From NCBI GenBank assembly GCA_944331895.1, contig CALVIX010000003.1, forward strand, positions 5,010-69,009: a stretch of 64,000 nucleotides of DNA, in the 5' to 3' direction. Below, piece after piece: positions 40,409 to 48,828 of the stretch. The position numbers and the translations under genes were made by a program. Position 1 is the first letter of the stretch. Every line of letters starts with the position of its first letter. The notes under the pieces are model-generated. The model was not told where the DNA came from. It ran no database searches and worked only from the letters and a program-made list of their open reading frames with translations. This DNA is from an uncultured Bacilli bacterium (GTDB lineage Bacteria; Bacillota_I; Bacilli_A; RF39; UBA660).

Positions 40409-40717
40409 TTATGCTTGCTCGTTGTTTCCTCCTTCAGCCGCAACTTGTTCTCTTGCTTCTGCTTGTAATTCACTCAAGATTGTTTCGATAATTTTCCACT
40501 CTTTCTCAGTTTCAATCGGTTGTAAAACTGTCGATTCTTGATTTGGTTCATAAATAGAAGCATACACTTTTGTATTTCCTTGTTCGTCTGTCGTATTGTC
40601 AGTATATACCATGTAATTTTTCTTCGTCTCGTCAGATTCGAATGTAAATAATACTTCGCATTCTACCTCTTTTCCTGCATCGTCAGTTACTGTAAAAGTC
40701 ATTCTTTGATCGTTCAT
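40409..40717 (-). CDS. DUF1292 (YrzB-like) protein
   Basis: VLFTFES...K.Y.VY; L.PIETEKEW; synteny. Confidence 0.85.
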   Translation of the reverse strand: MNDQRMTFTVTDDAGKEVECEVLFTFESDETKKNYMVYTDNTTDEQGNTKVYASIYEPNQESTVLQPIETEKEWKIIETILSELQAEAREQVAAEGGNNEQA

Positions 40718-41142
40718 AAATTCATCCCTTTCTCTTTATCTAAATATGTCTGCAAGATAATATTCGCAGCTAAACTATCGATTTTCTTTTTCCTTTTCTT
40801 TCTAGAAATATCAGCAGCGAGCATATAATTTGTCGCTTCTACTGTCGACAGCCGTTCATCTTGCATCACGACCTTTTTTCCTAAGTACTCCTCTAATTTT
40901 TTTTGGAAGGCAAGCGTCGTCTCAGCACGCTCTCCCATACTATTATTCATATTTTTTGGCAATCCTAACACTAATGTTTCAACTTGATACTCTGTCACAA
41001 TCTCTTTTAGTTGTGGAAGCAAGCTATCGTAATCTCCCTCTTCAAAACGAATTGTCTTCAAAGGAGAGGCAATCGTTCCCGTTATATCCGATAACGCTAA
41101 GCCCAGTGTTCTCGTTCCTAAGTCAAGTCCTAAATAACGCAT
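40714..41142 (-). CDS. ruvX: YqgF/RuvX-family nuclease
   Basis: LGLDLG, GLPKNM, DERLST, ID..AA..ILQ. Confidence 0.95.
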   Translation of the reverse strand: MRYLGLDLGTRTLGLALSDITGTIASPLKTIRFEEGDYDSLLPQLKEIVTEYQVETLVLGLPKNMNNSMGERAETTLAFQKKLEEYLGKKVVMQDERLSTVEATNYMLAADISRKKRKKKIDSLAANIILQTYLDKEKGMNL

Positions 41143-41384
41143 TATTTTTGTAATGATTTCCGTACCAAGTATTCTAAAATTTTAGAGCGATCGTATTTTG
41201 TAATACGACTACGTGCTTCCTTATTACTCGTGATAAATCCAGGATCTCCACTCATCAGATATCCAACCATTTGATTGATGGCATTGTATCCTGTATCCTC
41301 TAAAATTTCATACACATCTTTTAACGTCTCTTCGATCATCGCGTCTTTTAGCTCGTTTGTTCCAAATACTTTCGTTTGGTCCAT
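41142..41384 (-). CDS. reoM: IreB/ReoM (DUF965) phosphoprotein
   Basis: DQTKVF phosphosite motif; GYNAINQMVGYLMSGDP. Confidence 0.9.
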   Translation of the reverse strand: MDQTKVFGTNELKDAMIEETLKDVYEILEDTGYNAINQMVGYLMSGDPGFITSNKEARSRITKYDRSKILEYLVRKSLQK

Positions 41385-41512
41385 ACCATCACCTACTTTA
41401 TGAATACAATTACATTTTAACATGTTTCTTTTTTTTTTACAATCATTTTCCCTATAAAAATAGAATAATAATCTGTTCTTTTATGATATAATATAGCGCG
41501 AAAGGAGGCAGT

Positions 41513-42094
41513 ATGAACACAATTCACATTTTTCTCGCAGAAGAACACCAAAGACTTACTGGTCATTTGAAAAAATACGATGATGCGATACAGAACATTC
41601 ATATGCAACACGCATATAAATTCGACATTGAAAACAACGTTCTTTTTTTCGACATCAACAGTTTAACACCTGAACTTAGGATGGATTACGAATGGTACGA
41701 AAAAAAGAAAATAGAGTGTCAGACCAAATTACATATCTTTTACAATGTATTACTACAACACACACAATTAGAAACACGTAGTCAACATCACTATCCATTA
41801 GGTGAGAAAGTGAAACATAGTCTATCATGTGATCAAATTTCACTCGATCCGGAAGAAAACACCCCTTTTGCTGTCCAAGCAGGGCCTATTTTCATATGCA
41901 GTCCAAGGGAAATGTCTGCATCCGAGTATATAAGTTACTATCATCAAGCATTTAAAAAAGCGCTTTTACTATGTTTCGCTAACGAAGACTTCACGAAAGA
42001 AGAAGAGGATGACATCATCAAAGAATCATGTACATCGTTTTTTCAAACTGAAATTTTGAAAAAAGAAAAAGGATACCAAAAAAATATGCAATAA
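41513..42094 (+). CDS. Orphan hypothetical protein inserted between alaS and reoM
   Basis: AAAGGAGG RBS and TGaTATAAT promoter. Opposite strand to the conserved block. Confidence 0.75.
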   Translation: MNTIHIFLAEEHQRLTGHLKKYDDAIQNIHMQHAYKFDIENNVLFFDINSLTPELRMDYEWYEKKKIECQTKLHIFYNVLLQHTQLETRSQHHYPLGEKVKHSLSCDQISLDPEENTPFAVQAGPIFICSPREMSASEYISYYHQAFKKALLLCFANEDFTKEEEDDIIKESCTSFFQTEILKKEKGYQKNMQ

Positions 42095-42111
42095 TCTGCA
42101 TATTTTTTTAT

Positions 42112-43878
42112 TTATTCCTCTGTTAAAATTGCTTTAATTCTTCTGACTCCTGCGCTGCTTGCTTCCTCTTTTTTAATCTTGAAATGTCCAAGTTCTCTAG
42201 TGTTCTCAACGTGTGGTCCACCACAGATTTCCAATGAGACATCCCCTATTTTATAGACTGTGACAGTATCTCCATACTTTTCGATAAATTGTGCTTCCGC
42301 ATGCATATCGATTGCCTCTTGTTTCGTCGTCTCGAAATGAGTTACTGGAATTGCCTCACGAATCCATTCATTGACTAAATTTTCAACAGCTTCTTTTTGC
42401 TCAGGTGTAAGCTTACTATCATGAGAAAAATCAAAACGCATTCTCTCTGGTGTAATATTACTTCCCTTTTGATGAACGTGATCTCCTAACACTCTTTTTA
42501 AAGCTGCATTTAACAAGTGGGTCGCAGTATGGTATTTAATGTCCATTTCACTATTTCCAGAAAGACCACCCTTAAATTTTTGAGCTGATCCCATACGAGA
42601 TTTTTCTTGATGTTCTTTAAACTTTTGATGGAACCCTTCGATATCCACAGTTAAATTCTTTTCGTGTGCTAACTCTTCCGTTAGTTCGATTGGAAATCCA
42701 TATGTATCATATAAATGAAATGCATTTACAGCATCTATCGTCGTTCCAGATAACTTTGATGTGATCTTTTCAAACTCTCTAAGTCCTTTTTCTAATGTAC
42801 GATTAAATTTTTTCTTTTCCGTTGAAAGTACGTTACGAATGACTTCTTGATTGCGCTCTAGTTCAGGATAATATTCTTTATATTGATTGATAAAGATATT
42901 TGCAATCTCTACATCCCAATCACTATTGATATCGATATCTAACTGTTTTGCATAACGAATTGTTCGACGAATCAAACGTCTCAAAATATATCCTTGATCT
43001 GTATTTGAAGGCTTGATTCCGGCATCATCTCCAGCGATAATCACGATTGCACGAATGTGATCTGCGATAATACGCATCGCTCTTTTTTTTGTTTCATCTT
43101 CGTAAGATGCATGGGCCACTTCTTCGATTTTTGCAATTGCTTCTTTAAATATTGATGTTTTATAGTTATCGTCAACACCTTCTAATACTGCTGTAATACG
43201 CTCTACTCCCATTCCTGTATCTACATTCTTCTTCGTAAGTGGAGTCACTGTACCATCTTCGTTTCCATTATACTGTGTAAAAACATTGTTCCAAATTTCT
43301 ACCCAACGTTCATCTTTTGGATCGAAAACGACAGGAGCTTTCTCATCACTGCGCCAATAAAAAATCTCTGTATCTGGTCCACATGGACCTACTCCACCTC
43401 CGAGACTCCACCAGTTATCTTCTACTCCAAGAAACGCGATTCTTTCTTTTGGAATACCCAAACTCATCCAAATATTTGCACTTTCTTCATCAGCAGGAAC
43501 AACATCATTTCCTTTAAATACTGTAACCGCTAATTTTTCTACAGGAATATTTAACTTCGTCGTTAAAAACTCAAAACTCCATGAAATAGATTCTTTTTTG
43601 AAATAATCCCCTAACGACCAATTTCCTAGCATTTCGAAAAACGTATGATGTGTCGTATCTCCGATTGCATCTAAATCAGTTAAACGAAAACATTTTTGGA
43701 AATTTGTAAGTCTCGTCCCGAGTGGATGTGGTTGTCCCATTAAATATGGTACCAATGGTTGCATTCCCGCTGTATTAAATAAGCAAGTTGGGTCATTTTC
43801 AGGAATGATTGGTGCACTATTTAATTTCTTATGTCCCTTTGACAAGAAAAAATCTATATATAAATCCTTAATCTTCAT
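42112..43878 (-). CDS. alaS: Alanine--tRNA ligase, short form lacking the C-Ala domain
   Basis: AGMQP, HHTFFEMLGN, GPCGP, DTGMG, HTATHLL, ICGGPH; ends right after GVRRIKA. Confidence 0.95.
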   Translation of the reverse strand: MKIKDLYIDFFLSKGHKKLNSAPIIPENDPTCLFNTAGMQPLVPYLMGQPHPLGTRLTNFQKCFRLTDLDAIGDTTHHTFFEMLGNWSLGDYFKKESISWSFEFLTTKLNIPVEKLAVTVFKGNDVVPADEESANIWMSLGIPKERIAFLGVEDNWWSLGGGVGPCGPDTEIFYWRSDEKAPVVFDPKDERWVEIWNNVFTQYNGNEDGTVTPLTKKNVDTGMGVERITAVLEGVDDNYKTSIFKEAIAKIEEVAHASYEDETKKRAMRIIADHIRAIVIIAGDDAGIKPSNTDQGYILRRLIRRTIRYAKQLDIDINSDWDVEIANIFINQYKEYYPELERNQEVIRNVLSTEKKKFNRTLEKGLREFEKITSKLSGTTIDAVNAFHLYDTYGFPIELTEELAHEKNLTVDIEGFHQKFKEHQEKSRMGSAQKFKGGLSGNSEMDIKYHTATHLLNAALKRVLGDHVHQKGSNITPERMRFDFSHDSKLTPEQKEAVENLVNEWIREAIPVTHFETTKQEAIDMHAEAQFIEKYGDTVTVYKIGDVSLEICGGPHVENTRELGHFKIKKEEASSAGVRRIKAILTEE

Positions 43879-44437
43879 GTTCCACCTCTTCTACTAATTT
43901 TATTGCTTTTTCTCTCAACTCGTCCAATGTTCCATCATTTATGATCGTAGCATCGTATCCATCAAAGTTTACAAGGCCTTGCTCTGTAGCATGATGTTTC
44001 TGCTCTTCCGTTAAACCATCGTCATAGTTTGGTCGCACGATATGGATCACATAAGCATTGGGAAAACGATCTTTTACATATGTAACTTCGTCAGCAAACC
44101 GACCATCTGTAATCGTTAAAACATCGTAATAGAAAGAAAACACTTGAATATCTTCTACCATGCGGTGAGCAAAGAAATTAGAATCGATCTCTTTACGAAT
44201 TACATCGGTTCCTAACTGTTGCAATACAGTGCGCGGTTTCGTTTCATCTCTTCCGTCCCAACCAGTTAACTGTTTGGCATAATCCTTAATATAATAACTA
44301 TATTGTAAAACCGTCGCTTTTTTTCCATACTTAGATTCGTAGTACTCTCGAATATAAGAACCTAGTGTATCCTTTCCCTGTCGTGCTGAACCACAAATAA
44401 TAAAGATCCGTGGTGTGTGCTTTATTGCTTCTAACAT
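43868..44437 (-). CDS. P-loop nucleoside-monophosphate kinase, phage dNMP-kinase-like
   Basis: ICGSARQGKDT, RTVLQQLGTD, TDGRFADE, HATE, INDGTL. Confidence 0.7.
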   Translation of the reverse strand: MLEAIKHTPRIFIICGSARQGKDTLGSYIREYYESKYGKKATVLQYSYYIKDYAKQLTGWDGRDETKPRTVLQQLGTDVIRKEIDSNFFAHRMVEDIQVFSFYYDVLTITDGRFADEVTYVKDRFPNAYVIHIVRPNYDDGLTEEQKHHATEQGLVNFDGYDATIINDGTLDELREKAIKLVEEVEHED

Positions 44438-44438
44438 A

Positions 44439-45587
44439 TTACTCTTCCTCACTATTTAATATATTATATTTATCGTCGAAAAATTGAAAAAATGATTTCA
44501 CCGCTGAAATAATCGGCGTTGAAACAACCATTCCGACAATTCCCCAGAAGTGACCGAAAATCAAAAGTCCCAACATGATCGTAACTGGATGTAATTTTGT
44601 CGTACGACTCATGATCAACGGCTGTAAAAAATTTCCTTCCAAGAATTGAATAACGACAATGACGAGCAAAGTCAAAAGTCCGATCGTAGGACTCTGAGAG
44701 AATCCGACGATAACTGCTGGTGCTCCGCCTATATATGGTCCCGCATATGGAATGATATTGGTGATTCCACAGAACAACCCAAACAATACAAAACCTTTTA
44801 ATCCGACAATCCATAAAAAGAACGTCGTAATGATAAAGATGAAAGTACAGTCCAAAAGAGCACCTTGCACAAAATTTCTCATAGATTCATTCATGCGTGA
44901 TAATAACTCCTTCGTATCTGATTGAATTCTAGGTGGAATAAATACCATCAACATATCGTGAACTCCATCGAAACTCACGAGTAAGTAAAATCCAATAATC
45001 AATCCAATGACAAAAATCCCAATACCTGAAAAAATAGATTGTACAACATCGATCGTTATGTTTGGAAGATCTTTCGTCAACCCAATTCCAAATTCATTGA
45101 TCTGCGAAAAAATATCCTTTTTCATCGCGATCGCATCGAAGTTTTCAATATGATCTAACTGATCAAAGACTCCATCTAACCATCCTTTAATGTTATCAAA
45201 TATACTTGGCAACATGTTGACAAAATCGTTGATCTGTTGCGATAAAATCGGAATGATCGCGCCAATTACGATCGCGAGAGCTCCCAAAAATAACACATAG
45301 GTAATAAACGCTCCAAGGCCTCTATGAATTCCTTTTTGCTGTAGGAAACTGACAAACGGATGAAACAACCAAGCGATCAAGAGCCCTACAAATAAAGGTG
45401 ATACAACCCCTAGAATCGTAAATAAAAACGACTTGACATTCCACTCCTTAAAAATCATGGTAATCGCATAAATACCAATAATTGCAATCAAAATGTAAGC
45501 GATCTTTAAAATATTTTTAGAAAGTCCTATGACTTCATTTAAACTTTTATAGTCCACTTCTTTTTCTTTGTTGCGTCTACCTAACAT
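44439..45587 (-). CDS. AI-2E family transporter (YrrI-like)
   Basis: NIIPYAGP, QFLEGN...P, LHPV, WG..G. Confidence 0.92.
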   Translation of the reverse strand: MLGRRNKEKEVDYKSLNEVIGLSKNILKIAYILIAIIGIYAITMIFKEWNVKSFLFTILGVVSPLFVGLLIAWLFHPFVSFLQQKGIHRGLGAFITYVLFLGALAIVIGAIIPILSQQINDFVNMLPSIFDNIKGWLDGVFDQLDHIENFDAIAMKKDIFSQINEFGIGLTKDLPNITIDVVQSIFSGIGIFVIGLIIGFYLLVSFDGVHDMLMVFIPPRIQSDTKELLSRMNESMRNFVQGALLDCTFIFIITTFFLWIVGLKGFVLFGLFCGITNIIPYAGPYIGGAPAVIVGFSQSPTIGLLTLLVIVVIQFLEGNFLQPLIMSRTTKLHPVTIMLGLLIFGHFWGIVGMVVSTPIISAVKSFFQFFDDKYNILNSEEE

Positions 45588-45678
45588 AAGTTTCACCTCA
45601 TTCTTAGTATATCATTATACGCCTTTATTGTAAATAAAAAAACCATTGTTTTTCAATGGTGCAAAGTCTATATTTTCA

Positions 45679-46179
45679 TCAATTTTCGACAATTGTTTTT
45701 CTTTTTTTCTGAAGATGTTTCTCACCAAACTTTTTCACTAAATCTTTTTGACATACAAGATAACTCCCTTCATTCGAAGCAATTTCATACTGCATCCTCA
45801 TTGCAACACGTAAAGATGCTTCATGATCACGTGGAATTTCCAATATCGTTTTTTGAACACCCTGCTCGTATAAAAGTCGCTCCATCTTTTCTATCATCCG
45901 ATCGATATGTCCCCAACCGCGATATTCTGGTAAGAGACAATAAAGTAATTCTGCTTCTTTTGTGTTAGAAGAAAAACCGTAAGAGATCCAACCGATGTAA
46001 TCATTCTCTTCTTTTACGTAGTAATTATGATAGTAATGGTTTGTCTTTTCAAATCGTTTCAAATAATTATAATCGTACGAGAAACATTCAAAAATATTGC
46101 GAATATCTTCTACTTGTAATAATGACTGAATAAATTTTTTCTGCATTTTACTATCTTCTTTAAACTTCCGAAATTTCAT
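45679..46179 (-). CDS. GNAT-family acetyltransferase
   Basis: LLPEYRGWG motif A; H.ASLRV. Confidence 0.8.
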   Translation of the reverse strand: MKFRKFKEDSKMQKKFIQSLLQVEDIRNIFECFSYDYNYLKRFEKTNHYYHNYYVKEENDYIGWISYGFSSNTKEAELLYCLLPEYRGWGHIDRMIEKMERLLYEQGVQKTILEIPRDHEASLRVAMRMQYEIASNEGSYLVCQKDLVKKFGEKHLQKKRKTIVEN

Positions 46180-46236
46180 AAGATCACCTAGTGACGTATT
46201 ATAACACAAATCTCTCTTTTATCAAATAAAAAGAAC

Positions 46237-46785
46237 TTATACACTCATAAGTTCTTCTTCTTTAACTTTTAATTTCTCATCAATGATCTTATTATAGCGA
46301 TTAATCAACTCTTGAACATCCTCTTGACCATCTTTTTTGTCGTCTTCTGTCATATCATCCGCTTTTTTAATATCGTTATTTGCATCTTGTCTTGCATTAC
46401 GAAGCGCGATACGAGCATCTTCAGCAATCTGCTTCGCTTGTTTTACATATTCTCTTCTCGTCTCCTCTGTCAATGCAGGAATATTTAAGATAATTACTTC
46501 TCCATTGTTATTTGGCGTAAGTCCAATATTAGCTTCGTAGATTCCCTTTTCAATTGCATTTAAACAAGAGCGGTCAAATGGTTTAATAGAAAGTTGACGT
46601 GCTTCAGGTATAGAAATCGTCGCTAATTGTTGTAATGGAGTTGGAGTTCCATAATACTCTACCATCACGCTATGTAAAATGGCTGGATTAGCTCTACCTG
46701 CTCTAATATTAGTAAGACGCTTTTCCATGTTTTCAATCGCCTGTTGCATCGCTGTTTCTGCTTCTAATAAAATGTCATCTATCAT
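46237..46785 (-). CDS. frr: Ribosome recycling factor
   Basis: IRAGRANP, P.LTEE.R, RNAR. Confidence 0.98.
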   Translation of the reverse strand: MIDDILLEAETAMQQAIENMEKRLTNIRAGRANPAILHSVMVEYYGTPTPLQQLATISIPEARQLSIKPFDRSCLNAIEKGIYEANIGLTPNNNGEVIILNIPALTEETRREYVKQAKQIAEDARIALRNARQDANNDIKKADDMTEDDKKDGQEDVQELINRYNKIIDEKLKVKEEELMSV

Positions 46786-46826
46786 AATTCATTCTCCTTT
46801 ATCTCTACTCTTATTATACGAATAAT

Positions 46827-47831
46827 TTATTTTAGTGTCAATTGTTTTTCTCGGACTTCCTGATACTCTGTTTCACACGGAATATTGGTAAGCATCAGCA
46901 TCTCACAGTCTGATACATCCTCTCGAATAAGAGGATTAGAATATGGCTTAAATGCTTTTAAAATCTCATAAATATCTTGCATTCTTTTTTGATTGATTCC
47001 CAATGCATATACATCAAATAAATTTCTTAAAGCAGTTCTATATTCTACACTATAAAGCATCAAGTAATTTTGAATAATTCGTTTTTCCAATTGTATTTGA
47101 TGACTCTCTAAAATTCCTTTCTCAGCATAGTTCACTGCGATTTGTCCATATTCATTTAACAAGCGATAAGCATCTGTTAAATTAGATGTCATCGATAATC
47201 CGTTTTGATGACGTATGTAAATATATACGTAGGTTGGAATATCTACTACTATTTTTGCATCCGCATATGCATATAAATTAAAAAGATGATCTTCTCCTTG
47301 TTGTAAATTAACAAAATAATGATCTTTTATTAATGTCTTTTTATAAAGGGCACTCCACATTGGAATATTTTGAGATTGAAATGATTGTTTGCTTGGGCCA
47401 TCGAACTGTCTTCCAAAAAAGCCTAGTGGCATAGAACAAATTTCTAAAGCATGTTTTATATCTTCATCATATAAACTATAAAAGTGTCCTCTCACAATAT
47501 CAGCGTTTTCCATTTCTGCTGCCCATGCCATATCTGCTATTCCATTTGGAGTAACATAATCATCAGCATCGACAAAGTAAACATATTCTCCTGTCGCTTC
47601 TTGAAACCCATGTCTTCGTGCATAAGTAACTCCAAGTTTTTCCTCTTTCACGACTTTAACCCTGGGATCGATCATTTGGTAGTAACTTACTTTTTCATAA
47701 CTACGATCCGTTGAAGCATTATCGACAAAAATGATCTCTAAATCTTTATAATTCGAACGATATAGAGACGTATAAAGTCTCTCGATCGTATTTTCTGCAT
47801 TGTGCATCGGAATAATTACGCTTACTAACAT
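46827..47831 (-). CDS. GT2 glycosyltransferase
   Basis: VSVIIPMHN, VDNASTD, FVDADD, GED. Confidence 0.9.
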   Translation of the reverse strand: MLVSVIIPMHNAENTIERLYTSLYRSNYKDLEIIFVDNASTDRSYEKVSYYQMIDPRVKVVKEEKLGVTYARRHGFQEATGEYVYFVDADDYVTPNGIADMAWAAEMENADIVRGHFYSLYDEDIKHALEICSMPLGFFGRQFDGPSKQSFQSQNIPMWSALYKKTLIKDHYFVNLQQGEDHLFNLYAYADAKIVVDIPTYVYIYIRHQNGLSMTSNLTDAYRLLNEYGQIAVNYAEKGILESHQIQLEKRIIQNYLMLYSVEYRTALRNLFDVYALGINQKRMQDIYEILKAFKPYSNPLIREDVSDCEMLMLTNIPCETEYQEVREKQLTLK

Positions 47832-48746
47832 CTATCTCACCACTTTCTGTTTACAGTTTACAGCTTCATTTAAATTCAACAATCGAATGATATCATCTAC
47901 TTCCTGTTTCATTTCTTTTAGTTTAGAATACGAATATGGACTTTTCTCTGCTCCATGATATAACGAAGCGAGTTTTAACTTCAGAAATAAAAGTTGTTTT
48001 AATATCAGACGATTTAGACTATTTTCATATTGTTCCATCCATCCCATTTTAATACACTCTTGATAAAGTTTAACTGCATAGTGCATAAATGTATAAGGTT
48101 CCACCGCGTAATGATTAGAAGATAATCCACTATCTTTCATTTGATAAAAATAAACAGGTTCTGAAATACATACCACTCTATTTGCATTTAAAAATGCATG
48201 CCAGTTAAATAGATGGTCTTCGAATTGATTCAAGGGAACGAAGAAGTCATCTCTAATACAAGATCTACGGTATAGATGTTGCCAAAGTGGTGCCGAAATT
48301 CCCTCGAGATCATGAATTTCCCACTTACTATAAGGACTCTTCTCTACACTTCGTCGGACAATGGTTGCTAATTGATGATCATTCAAGTAAGTATTATAAT
48401 TTCCTTCGACGATATCTGCATTCGTCTTGATCGCTGTTTCTACTAAATATGAAATACCATTTGGTGCAACGCAATCATCACTGTCGATAAAATATAGATA
48501 TTCTCCATTTGATGCATGAAATCCTTTCTTTCGCGCATAACTAACTCCTTGTGTCGGCTCTTTTAAAACTCGTACACGTGGATCATTTTTAGCAAAAAAG
48601 CAAGCTTTTTCATAACTGTGATCTTGTGAATTATTATCGACAAAAATAATTTCTAGACTGTCGTATTCTTGATATTGTAATGAAGCATATAAATTGTCTA
48701 AATACTTTTCCGCATTATACATTGGTATGATCACACTTACTAGCAT
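47832..48746 (-). CDS. GT2 glycosyltransferase (tandem paralog)
   Basis: VSVIIPMYN, VDNNSQD, FIDSDD, FED. Confidence 0.9.
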   Translation of the reverse strand: MLVSVIIPMYNAEKYLDNLYASLQYQEYDSLEIIFVDNNSQDHSYEKACFFAKNDPRVRVLKEPTQGVSYARKKGFHASNGEYLYFIDSDDCVAPNGISYLVETAIKTNADIVEGNYNTYLNDHQLATIVRRSVEKSPYSKWEIHDLEGISAPLWQHLYRRSCIRDDFFVPLNQFEDHLFNWHAFLNANRVVCISEPVYFYQMKDSGLSSNHYAVEPYTFMHYAVKLYQECIKMGWMEQYENSLNRLILKQLLFLKLKLASLYHGAEKSPYSYSKLKEMKQEVDDIIRLLNLNEAVNCKQKVVR

Positions 48747-48828
48747 ACAACCCTCTCCTTTTTCATTTCTAGGTGTGTATTATACCATACCAATTTTATT
48801 TGTCAAAAAAAAGAAGTCTCCTTCTTTT

